From Pseudomonadota bacterium (lineage in GTDB: Bacteria; Pseudomonadota; Alphaproteobacteria; Rhizobiales; CBDHHC01), in contig JBCCCO010000003.1 in NCBI GenBank assembly GCA_039033475.1, positions 724-64,723 of the forward strand: DNA of 64,000 nt, in the 5' to 3' direction. The notes beneath the pieces are model-generated. The model did no database searches, was not told where the DNA came from, and worked only from the letters and a program-made list of their open reading frames with translations. Made by a program: the position numbers and the translations under genes. Shown in pieces: positions 25,705-34,019 of this stretch; the stretch's first letter is position 1; each line of letters opens with the position of its first letter.

Positions 25705-28700
25705 ATGTCTGGCGGTCGCGTAAATTATAGCACTCAAGGTGCACTTCACTCTGCATGGCAAGAGACTGGAAATATTGCCAGGAAGAGCTGCTTTTTTAAA
25801 AGTATTGCTTTGGGTGCATTAAAAACCATCTTTGTTCTTTTTCTGCTTACTCAAAGTGTGCACGCAATAGACGCAAACATTGAGGCTGAACAAAGAAATG
25901 GCTACGGCCGCTTGATCTTTAATTTTCAAGACTTGCCAGGTTATAGTCACACCGTTACTGGAAGTATTTTTATACTTAAGTTCAGTGAAAAAATTAATAC
26001 GATTGTTGATAAAATTCCTGAGTTGCTAAAAGACTATGTGGATGTTGCCAGAATTGATCCAGATGGCAAAGCGGTTAGAATTGCTTTTAACAGTATTTAT
26101 AAAGTCAACATAATGGAGGCAGGCCCTCAGCTTTTTGTTGATATTTTACCCTCTAGCTGGGTCGGAGCTCCTCCACCTCTACCAACGCATATCCTAAAAG
26201 AATTAGGCCGTATTGCCGCTGAAGCAAAAAAACGTGCCGAGGAAGAAGCACGGCAAATTGAAGAATCTAAGAAATTTTATCGCATGAAAGTGCGCGTAGC
26301 GAGAAACAAAACGTTTAGTCGGATTGCATTTGAATGGAATAAATTTGTTACTGTAAAAATGACCCGAGAGGGAACACGCGTGCTCATAAAATTTGGCCGT
26401 CGTGCTAATGTAAAACTCAATCGTTTAAGAGCAAATCCACCCCCTTATCTGAAAAACATATCACGTTCTGATGTTCCAGGTGGCATGAACATTGAAATGA
26501 CCATAAGTTCAGAGGCAAATGTTCGAGGCTTTAGAGAAGGGAACTCTTACATAGTTGACTTAAGTGGTCCTGAGTCTGATTTGGACTTATCTGCTCAAAA
26601 ATTTGAGGAAAAAATTAAAGACACCCTTAAGCAAAATGATAAAGATAAAAAAGAAAATGTTCCTGAGGAATTGAAAATTGCAAAGGAAACCAATGAAGAA
26701 AAGCTCGAAGATGAATCAGACCCTGAGCGAACCATAGAAATATTAGAAGTGCCATTTGCGGTCAAGCAACTTGAATTTAACCCCAAAAAACTGGATAGTT
26801 TTAAATTTGGAGACTTAGATGGGGCTAAAAATAATAGTGAAACAGAATTTTCCCAAATAAAAGGCTGGGGTAAAGTTGTTACGCCAAAAGAACAGGCTGA
26901 AGATCTTAAAGTTCAAACAGAGCAAGCGGCAGAAGCCAAAAAGAAAGCTGAAGCCATAAGGGCTAGAAAAGCAAAAATAAAAAAGAAAAACGATGAAAAT
27001 GATGATACTGACGTTGGGATATTAAAAGAAGAAGATCCTATTATCACTGCATCTGCAATAAAGCGTAACGATTCTGTTATATTCTCATTCCCATTTCAAA
27101 AGTCTGTTGCTACAGCGGTATTTCGCCGGCATAGGACACTTTATATCGCCTTCGATACTGATAAAGAAATTGAGATCGATAAAATTCAAGGGGCTAATGA
27201 TGCAATTGTACAATCAATTGAACAAAAAGATATCACGGGCCTTAAATTAATCACAGTTAAGCTTACCAAACCATGGTTGACTTATGCCAATTATGAAGAC
27301 GGCAAGTGGGATATTTCTGTTGGAAATATGATTGCAGGCAAAGTTGAACCTCTTCATTTAAAGCGTACGTTACGCAATGATAAACGCTCTATTATTCTTG
27401 TTAATTATAAAAAGGCTGGTCGCGTCCATTGGATAAAAGATGAAGAGGTAGGCGATGATATCGCTATTGTTACGGGCATAGGACCGTCTCATGCTATTGT
27501 CAAACCGCAAGAATTTGTTGAGTTCAATGCATTGCCAACAGCCAATGGTATGGCTCTTGTACCAAGCTCAGATGACTTATTAGTACGCTTACGTGTTGAT
27601 GATGTTATGATTACGCGGCGAAGCGGGCTGACAATTTCAGCTGGCGGTGCTGCTCAGTACATTGCTGGGCGTAAACCCTTGGATGGTAAGAAGAATGGAC
27701 AACTCGGTTTTATTGACTTTCGAGGTTGGCAACAAGGTGGAAAACATCGTTTTAAAAATCGTTCGGGAGAGTTAGAGCGCGCAGCAGCAGCGGCGGATAA
27801 AAAAGATAAAAATAAGATCCGTCTAGATCTGGCAAGGCTATATATTGCCCATGAACTTGCTCCAGAAACACTTGGTGTTATTCGCCAAATACTGTCTTCG
27901 GACTCAGATGCTAAAGCTGACCCTGCCTTGAATATTTTGCGCGGTGTCGCAAATACAATGCTCAAACGCAATAATGAGGCGCGACAAGATTTAGATCTGC
28001 ACTCCTTATCTCTTGATAGACATGCCTCACTTTGGCGCGGCCTGCTTGCTGTGAATGAAAAAAAATGGGCTGAGGCTTTAAAGCAATTTTCTGAAGGAAT
28101 GAATGAGATAGAATCATATCCATTTCATTTGCAAGCTAAGTTTCGCTTGGCAGAGGCTGAAGCCGCCCTTGCATTAAAAAAACTCAAGCGAGCAGCAGAT
28201 ACATTAGATGCCATGCCGGGCATCGTATTACCAACAAGTTTGGAAATGAAATCCGATCTTATGCGAGGACGTTACCTGCAGTTAATTGGCAGAACTCAAC
28301 AAGCTTTAGAATTATATGAACGCATCATGCAAGGTGATGTAGGGAAGTATTTTGTGGAAGCACAATATCACAGAATAAAATTAAAATTAGACTTAAAGCT
28401 CATTAATATTGCACAAGCAATTACAGAATTTGAACGATTGAGTGTTGTTTGGCGCGGGGATGAAACAGAATTAAAAACTCTGAAACAGTTGGCACGCCTT
28501 TATGTTCGTCAGGAAAAATATCGCCCCGCTTTTCAAATTATGAAAAACACCTTAATTTCTTTTCCCGCAGAAAATCAAGCATTGGAAATTCAAGATGAAA
28601 TGAAAAGTGTATTTTCGGACCTTTTTCTTTATGGGAAAGGGGAGAACATGACCCCAGTCTCCGCTTTGGGGCTTTATTATGACTACAAAGAACTCACACC

Positions 28701-29457
28701 TATTGGACGTTTGGGAGATGAACTAATCCGCCGTTTGGCTCAGCGCCTTACCCAGGTTGATTTATTAGACCAAGCTGCTGAACTGCTCGATTACCAAGTC
28801 AAAAACCGTTTGAAAGGTATTGCTCGCTCACAAGTTGCAACCCGCCTCGCGATGATACAACTTATGGATCGGAAGCCAACACAAGCCTTAAAAACCATTC
28901 GTGATACACGTCAGCCAGATTTACCGAAGGACTTAAAACGGCGGAGAGATATGCTAGAAGCTCGTTCATTAGGAGAAATTGGACGTTTTGAAGGAGCTAT
29001 TGAAGTCTTAAATAGTATAGATGGTGTAGACGTTATTCGCCTGCGGGCTGATGCATATTGGACCGCGCAACGCTGGCAACAAGCAGGGGAAGAGCTTGAA
29101 AAAATGCTTGGTAAAAGATGGCAAAGCAATGAGCCCCTCAGTGATACAGAGAGGTTTGATGTCCTGCGCGCTGCGATATCTTATTCTTTAGCGGAAGATC
29201 AATTTGCACTCGATCGTTTGCGCCGCAAATTCTATAATATGATGATTAAAACAGTTGATGCTGAAACATTTGTTTTGGTCACAAGATCTATTACAAACAA
29301 AGGCAAGGACTTCAAAGAACTTGCTAAGGAAATTGCAAGTGTCGATACGCTAGATGCTTTCATGAAAGAATTCCAGGCTCGTTACGATAGAACAGATACA
29401 CGTGGAGAAGCTGCCCAAACAAGCAGTAAAGACCAACCTGCAAAGCCTTTGGGCTAG
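25705..29457 (+). CDS. large exported protein: three beta-rich AMIN-like modules, K/E-rich coils and a C-terminal TPR-like helical repeat region (1250 aa)
   Basis: Signal-like segment at residues 33-53 with VHA|ID. Modules of similar pattern lie at about residues 65-150, 202-290 and 455-540. The region from about residue 700-1200 is a helical repeat. It is the last gene of the fliL side of the cluster. Confidence 0.6.
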   Translation: MSGGRVNYSTQGALHSAWQETGNIARKSCFFKSIALGALKTIFVLFLLTQSVHAIDANIEAEQRNGYGRLIFNFQDLPGYSHTVTGSIFILKFSEKINTIVDKIPELLKDYVDVARIDPDGKAVRIAFNSIYKVNIMEAGPQLFVDILPSSWVGAPPPLPTHILKELGRIAAEAKKRAEEEARQIEESKKFYRMKVRVARNKTFSRIAFEWNKFVTVKMTREGTRVLIKFGRRANVKLNRLRANPPPYLKNISRSDVPGGMNIEMTISSEANVRGFREGNSYIVDLSGPESDLDLSAQKFEEKIKDTLKQNDKDKKENVPEELKIAKETNEEKLEDESDPERTIEILEVPFAVKQLEFNPKKLDSFKFGDLDGAKNNSETEFSQIKGWGKVVTPKEQAEDLKVQTEQAAEAKKKAEAIRARKAKIKKKNDENDDTDVGILKEEDPIITASAIKRNDSVIFSFPFQKSVATAVFRRHRTLYIAFDTDKEIEIDKIQGANDAIVQSIEQKDITGLKLITVKLTKPWLTYANYEDGKWDISVGNMIAGKVEPLHLKRTLRNDKRSIILVNYKKAGRVHWIKDEEVGDDIAIVTGIGPSHAIVKPQEFVEFNALPTANGMALVPSSDDLLVRLRVDDVMITRRSGLTISAGGAAQYIAGRKPLDGKKNGQLGFIDFRGWQQGGKHRFKNRSGELERAAAAADKKDKNKIRLDLARLYIAHELAPETLGVIRQILSSDSDAKADPALNILRGVANTMLKRNNEARQDLDLHSLSLDRHASLWRGLLAVNEKKWAEALKQFSEGMNEIESYPFHLQAKFRLAEAEAALALKKLKRAADTLDAMPGIVLPTSLEMKSDLMRGRYLQLIGRTQQALELYERIMQGDVGKYFVEAQYHRIKLKLDLKLINIAQAITEFERLSVVWRGDETELKTLKQLARLYVRQEKYRPAFQIMKNTLISFPAENQALEIQDEMKSVFSDLFLYGKGENMTPVSALGLYYDYKELTPIGRLGDELIRRLAQRLTQVDLLDQAAELLDYQVKNRLKGIARSQVATRLAMIQLMDRKPTQALKTIRDTRQPDLPKDLKRRRDMLEARSLGEIGRFEGAIEVLNSIDGVDVIRLRADAYWTAQRWQQAGEELEKMLGKRWQSNEPLSDTERFDVLRAAISYSLAEDQFALDRLRRKFYNMMIKTVDAETFVLVTRSITNKGKDFKELAKEIASVDTLDAFMKEFQARYDRTDTRGEAAQTSSKDQPAKPLG

Positions 29458-29488
29458 GCTTAGTAGCTATAAATAGAGATCTCTAGAT

Positions 29489-29659
29489 CTATGCGCAAAA
29501 GTTGATGATGGTGTGATTTAAAGGTGGCGTATCGGTATTTAATTTATCACTGACAGACCAGCCCACAACACGCCGGGAATACAGATCAAGAACGATAGCC
29601 AAATACAACCACTCCTCCCGTGCCCAAATATAAGTGATATCACAAGCCCATTTTCCATG
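29489..29659 (-). pseudogene. IS3-family transposase (OrfB catalytic core) relic
   Basis: The minus strand translates as [41 protein letters not shown]. This is the DDE-region motif of IS3 transposases, but only about 55 codons are bounded by stops. Confidence 0.7.
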
Positions 29660-29787
29660 TTACTCATTGAAATAAAATAACAACTTCTCATTTAGGCTCT
29701 TAGTCAGGCCAGGTTTCCTATTTTTAGAATCTGCGCCTTGCTGTATCCAAAGAAAACTGTGGCACGGCTAATACCAAAAATCTCCAC

Positions 29788-29922
29788 GGTTATTCCAGCG
29801 AAAGCTGGAAACGCAAAAAAAGTTACTACGGCCTAAACGTGTAAAATAAGATCCCAGTTCGCGCGCAGGAGCAATTTTCTTCAAAAAATCAATATCCGGG
29901 AAGGCACTTTGCTGGGATGATG
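29788..29922 (+). repeat. composite palindromic repeat, copy A
   Basis: Module 1 is TTATTCCAGCGAAAGCTGGAAAC. Module 2 runs from AGATCCCAGTTCGCGCGCAGGAGCAA to CTTTGCTGGGATGATG. Confidence 0.75.
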
Positions 29923-30147
29923 AAAAATTTTTGCTATTTTGTCCTTATCCTAAAAGAGCAGGACAAGATATCTGTAGTGCTGCGGCATAGCATGTACAGA
30001 CTTGACAAAATACATTGAACTAAGCTCTATACGTTTTAGATACTGGATAAGTCTAGAATGAAAAAGAGCATGTCAATTCTGTAAATCATCAGATAAAGAA
30101 ACGCTAAAAATCAACAATTTATATAACTGTGAGAAAGCATACGTAAC

Positions 30148-32478
30148 GTGTCAATGCCCCATATTGGATTTGGATTAGAAAAACTCGGCTTGCTTCCTTT
30201 AAAAGCACCCCGTGTTTTTTTAGCTGTTATTGGACTTTTAACGCTTATCGGCCTATTGGGTGTGCCCAAGCTGACCAGTGATGCTGCTTTAAGTGATTTA
30301 TTCCGCTCCAGCACGCCAGAATACAAAGATTTTAGGGCGATGAGTGACCGCTTTCCTACAAGTGAGTTCGACATTTTTTTAGTTGTTGAGGGCAAGGACC
30401 TGTTAGAGCCAAAAACGCTTGATGTTATGCGAGATCTCACCCTTGATATTCAGTTTGCTCAGGCAGTTTCTGGCGTTATTTCTATGTTTGATATGCGCGG
30501 AGAGCCGGATAAAAACGGCGTTTCTCCGCAGATTATACCAACAGATTTGCCAACAGGCCAAGAGTTTGAGGCACTTAAAAAACGCATTAAGTCACATCCA
30601 CTAATTGATGGCAAATTACTCTCTGGAACAGATGAGACTGGCCAGCTCTCTTTGATCATTCTTTCTCTAGACCGCAAAAAAATTGATGAGATAGGTTTAA
30701 ATGCTGCCGTTAAAGAAATTGAGGCTGAAGTATCCAAGTCTTTGCAAAGTTCTGAGTTAAGTTTCCAGCTTGCGGGCGCTCCGGTGATGCAGTTGGAAGT
30801 CCGCAATTCCATAAAAAGAGACCGTCTGATATATAATAGCGCTGGGTTTTTGATGGGCTTTATTATCTGCTTTGTATTTTTCCGTCGCCCGAAAATGGCA
30901 ATTATTGCCCAAGCTTGCCCGCTCGTTGCTGTGCTTTGGTCATTGGGACTTTTTGGACATTTGGATTTAAAGCTCAATACGTTTCTTAACGTTATCCCGC
31001 CACTCGTGATGGTTATTGCCTTATCTGATGCTATGCACATGGTGTATTCTATACGTCGCCGCCTTGCCAGGGGTGAAAGTAAGGAAACAGCTATACGATA
31101 TGCGGTTCTCAATGTGGGGCCTGCTTGTGCACTCACTTCGCTAACAACAGCAGTTGCTTTACTCTCTCTTGTGGTGACTGATTCTGCTGTGATACGGATG
31201 TTTGGCGTATGCGCCGCTTTTGCCGCTATTATTGGGTATCTTGCTGTTATACTTGTGGTGCCAACGTTATCTTACCTATGGCTTGAAGATGCCAAAGACT
31301 TTCAGAAGAAAGAAACACAAAAAGCCAGTCGATTGGCTAAAATTGAAAAGATGTGTGAAGGCATCGCAAATTGGGTGCTGCCACGGCATATTCCCATTGC
31401 GATTACCGGGCTTATTCTTGTAACAGCGTTTACCTATCAACATCTGCAACTTGAACCTCAATATCGGTTGTCAGATCAGTTGCCGAACAACAAGCAAGCT
31501 GTTGCAGCATCTGAGCGTTTGGATGCAAAACTTACCGGCGCTATACCGGTTCATATCATGATGCAATGGCCAAAAGACAAAGCAATAGAAGACCGAGAAG
31601 TACAGCAAGTCATTGCCAAAGCGCACAGTCTTTTTGAAAGTTATGATGATATTGGTAATGTCTGGTCTGTTGAAACATTACGCCGTTGGGTCAATCAAAA
31701 TGTAGGGACAGATGATCCCAAGCGGGTTATTGATTACGTCAATAAAATGCCTAAACACCTAACGGTAAGGTTTTTGAATAATAAAGAAAATGCTGTTTTG
31801 ATTACGGGCCGGTTGCCTAATCTTGATGCCGATGAAACAGTTCCAATCGTAAGAAAAGCACAGCTTGATCTCGCAGATTTAAAAACAGCTTATCCTGATT
31901 ATACATTTACTGTAACGGGGCTGGTCACCTTATCGGCATTGCAAAGCTCTAATATGATTGCCCAACTAAACCAAGGATTGATGGTTGCAATCGTTATTGT
32001 CATTCTTCTCATTGGTGTGGCTTTCAGATCTATATTCGCTATCTTATTATCGATTGTTCCGAATTTGTTTCCTATAGTTGCCGCGGGATCTTTATTGTAC
32101 ATCAGTGGCATGGGGCTAGAATATGCCAGCGTGATTGGTTTAACCGTTGCATTTGGGCTTGCAGTTGATGATACCATCCATTTTTTAAATCGCCTTTACA
32201 TTGAGCGCGGTCGAACCAATGATAACTATGAAGCTGTTTTTCAGACTGTTGCGCGTATTGGGCCTGTGTTAATACTAACAACAATTGTCCTTGTATTAGG
32301 GTTAGCTGTTACTATTTTCAGTGAGCTGCCGCCAATGCGGTTGTTCGGACAGTTGGCAATGACTACATTAACAACAGCGCTAATTGCAGATTTGCTCTTT
32401 TTGCCAGCGATTATTCTCATCGCGTTGAAATTACGAAATTTAAAACAAAGCAAACATAAAGAAATAGAAACTTCATGA
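30148..32478 (+). CDS. MMPL/RND-superfamily membrane transporter (776 aa)
   Basis: Two repeats, each a large soluble loop followed by about 5-6 TM helices. This is sterol-sensing/MMPL-like topology, read from the hydrophobicity pattern. Confidence 0.7.
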   Translation: MSMPHIGFGLEKLGLLPLKAPRVFLAVIGLLTLIGLLGVPKLTSDAALSDLFRSSTPEYKDFRAMSDRFPTSEFDIFLVVEGKDLLEPKTLDVMRDLTLDIQFAQAVSGVISMFDMRGEPDKNGVSPQIIPTDLPTGQEFEALKKRIKSHPLIDGKLLSGTDETGQLSLIILSLDRKKIDEIGLNAAVKEIEAEVSKSLQSSELSFQLAGAPVMQLEVRNSIKRDRLIYNSAGFLMGFIICFVFFRRPKMAIIAQACPLVAVLWSLGLFGHLDLKLNTFLNVIPPLVMVIALSDAMHMVYSIRRRLARGESKETAIRYAVLNVGPACALTSLTTAVALLSLVVTDSAVIRMFGVCAAFAAIIGYLAVILVVPTLSYLWLEDAKDFQKKETQKASRLAKIEKMCEGIANWVLPRHIPIAITGLILVTAFTYQHLQLEPQYRLSDQLPNNKQAVAASERLDAKLTGAIPVHIMMQWPKDKAIEDREVQQVIAKAHSLFESYDDIGNVWSVETLRRWVNQNVGTDDPKRVIDYVNKMPKHLTVRFLNNKENAVLITGRLPNLDADETVPIVRKAQLDLADLKTAYPDYTFTVTGLVTLSALQSSNMIAQLNQGLMVAIVIVILLIGVAFRSIFAILLSIVPNLFPIVAAGSLLYISGMGLEYASVIGLTVAFGLAVDDTIHFLNRLYIERGRTNDNYEAVFQTVARIGPVLILTTIVLVLGLAVTIFSELPPMRLFGQLAMTTLTTALIADLLFLPAIILIALKLRNLKQSKHKEIETS

Positions 32479-32493
32479 GTAAGGATTGATATA

Positions 32494-32994
32494 ATGATGA
32501 AAACAGTATGCGCCATATTTGCGTTATTTTTGGCGGTCACGCTTGCTGGGGGACAATATTCCGTTGATGCGGCGCCAAAAAACCCTTTCTTGAAACTTAA
32601 AGGAAGTTGGAAAGGTAAGGGCAATGTCAAGCCAAAGGATGGTCAGCCTGAGCGTGTTAGTTGCCGCGTCAAATACGATGTTAAAGGTGGCGGTACGAAT
32701 GTGACGCAAAATATTAATTGTGCGGGCAGCGGTTATTGGATCAAAGCCAGAACATCATTTAAATATACACCAGGGTCCCAAAGAATTGATGGCACATGGA
32801 GCGCAAGCTATGGTGACAAGTCGGATCCAAAAAAGAGATCCACAACGGGAGAGATCTCTGGCAGTTACATTAATGATGTAATTGCAATTGACCTTGATAG
32901 TGAAGATTATTCGGGCGGTATGACCATTCGCATGTCTGGTAGAACGCAAGAAGTGACGATAGGAAGCCTTGCGAAACTAACCTTAACACGCTGA
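32494..32994 (+). CDS. small exported beta-rich protein, function unknown (166 aa)
   Basis: Signal peptide MMKTVCAIFALFLAVTLAGG. It starts 15 nt after the MMPL gene stop and carries a GSWKGKG motif. Confidence 0.55.
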   Translation: MMKTVCAIFALFLAVTLAGGQYSVDAAPKNPFLKLKGSWKGKGNVKPKDGQPERVSCRVKYDVKGGGTNVTQNINCAGSGYWIKARTSFKYTPGSQRIDGTWSASYGDKSDPKKRSTTGEISGSYINDVIAIDLDSEDYSGGMTIRMSGRTQEVTIGSLAKLTLTR

Positions 32995-33020
32995 TTTTTG
33001 CTATAGATAGCTTTAGACGT

Positions 33021-33983
33021 ATGTCACACATTAAAGCTGCCATTCAAGCCATAGAGATTGAGATCAATGGCTTGAAAAAACTTGTGAGTTCTATACCAAC
33101 GACTTTTGATCAAGTTGTTGATAGAGTTCTTGAATGCAAGGGCCATACGATTGTCACTGGTATTGGCAAGTCCGGCCATATTGGCATGAAGATTGTTGCC
33201 ACCCTTGCTTCAACTGGCACCCCTGCGCTTTTTGTACATGCAGCGGAAGCCGCGCATGGCGATTTGGGGATGATCGGTGCTTCAGACATCGTAATTGCTA
33301 TTTCAAATTCAGGCGAAAGCGCAGAGCTGATGCCTATTTTGCAATATTGTAGGCGGTTTAAAGTCCCCGTTATTGCTATCACCTCAAACGCACAATCCAC
33401 GCTCGCCAAACTTGCGGAATATGTTTTGCTGTTACCAGAAGCCACAGAGGCGTGTCCCTTATCCCTTGCTCCCATGACCTCAACAACCATGACCCTTGTT
33501 TTAGGAGATGCTCTAGCAGCAGCCTTACTAAAAGCAAGAGGTTTTCAGCGAGAAGATTTTGCGCATTTTCACCCAGGTGGCAAGCTTGGAGCGCAATTAA
33601 TGACTTTAAAAGAACTGATTGAGAATAAGCCAAACTTGGCCATAGTCCCTCAAGTGAAGGAACAAACGCCTGTGCCTGAGGCGATTATAGAAATCACCGA
33701 GGGGCGCCGCGGTGTTGTTGCTGTACTTAATGAAGCTGAAAAAATTGTTGGTGTTGTAACCGATGGTGATTTGCGCCGTGCAATGTCAGAAGAAATTTTT
33801 CACAAATCCGTTGTGGAAATTATGACCAAAAGCCCATTAAAAATACCTGAAAGCTCATTAACTGTAGATGCCTTAGCCATGTTCGAAAAACATAAGGTAT
33901 CAGCGCTATTTGTTACAGATAATAATGATGCCATGAAAGGCTTGGTCCATTTACAAGACTTGCTAAGTGTTGGTGTTGTGTAA
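33021..33983 (+). CDS. kpsF: arabinose-5-phosphate isomerase KpsF/GutQ (SIS plus two CBS domains)
   Basis: GIGKSGHIGMKIVATLASTGTPALFVHAAEAAHGDLGMI marks the SIS domain. A CBS pair forms the C-terminus. Confidence 0.85.
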   Translation: MSHIKAAIQAIEIEINGLKKLVSSIPTTFDQVVDRVLECKGHTIVTGIGKSGHIGMKIVATLASTGTPALFVHAAEAAHGDLGMIGASDIVIAISNSGESAELMPILQYCRRFKVPVIAITSNAQSTLAKLAEYVLLLPEATEACPLSLAPMTSTTMTLVLGDALAAALLKARGFQREDFAHFHPGGKLGAQLMTLKELIENKPNLAIVPQVKEQTPVPEAIIEITEGRRGVVAVLNEAEKIVGVVTDGDLRRAMSEEIFHKSVVEIMTKSPLKIPESSLTVDALAMFEKHKVSALFVTDNNDAMKGLVHLQDLLSVGVV

Positions 33984-34019
33984 GATAGAACAACTCTTTA
34001 CCCCATACCCCAAAAATCT

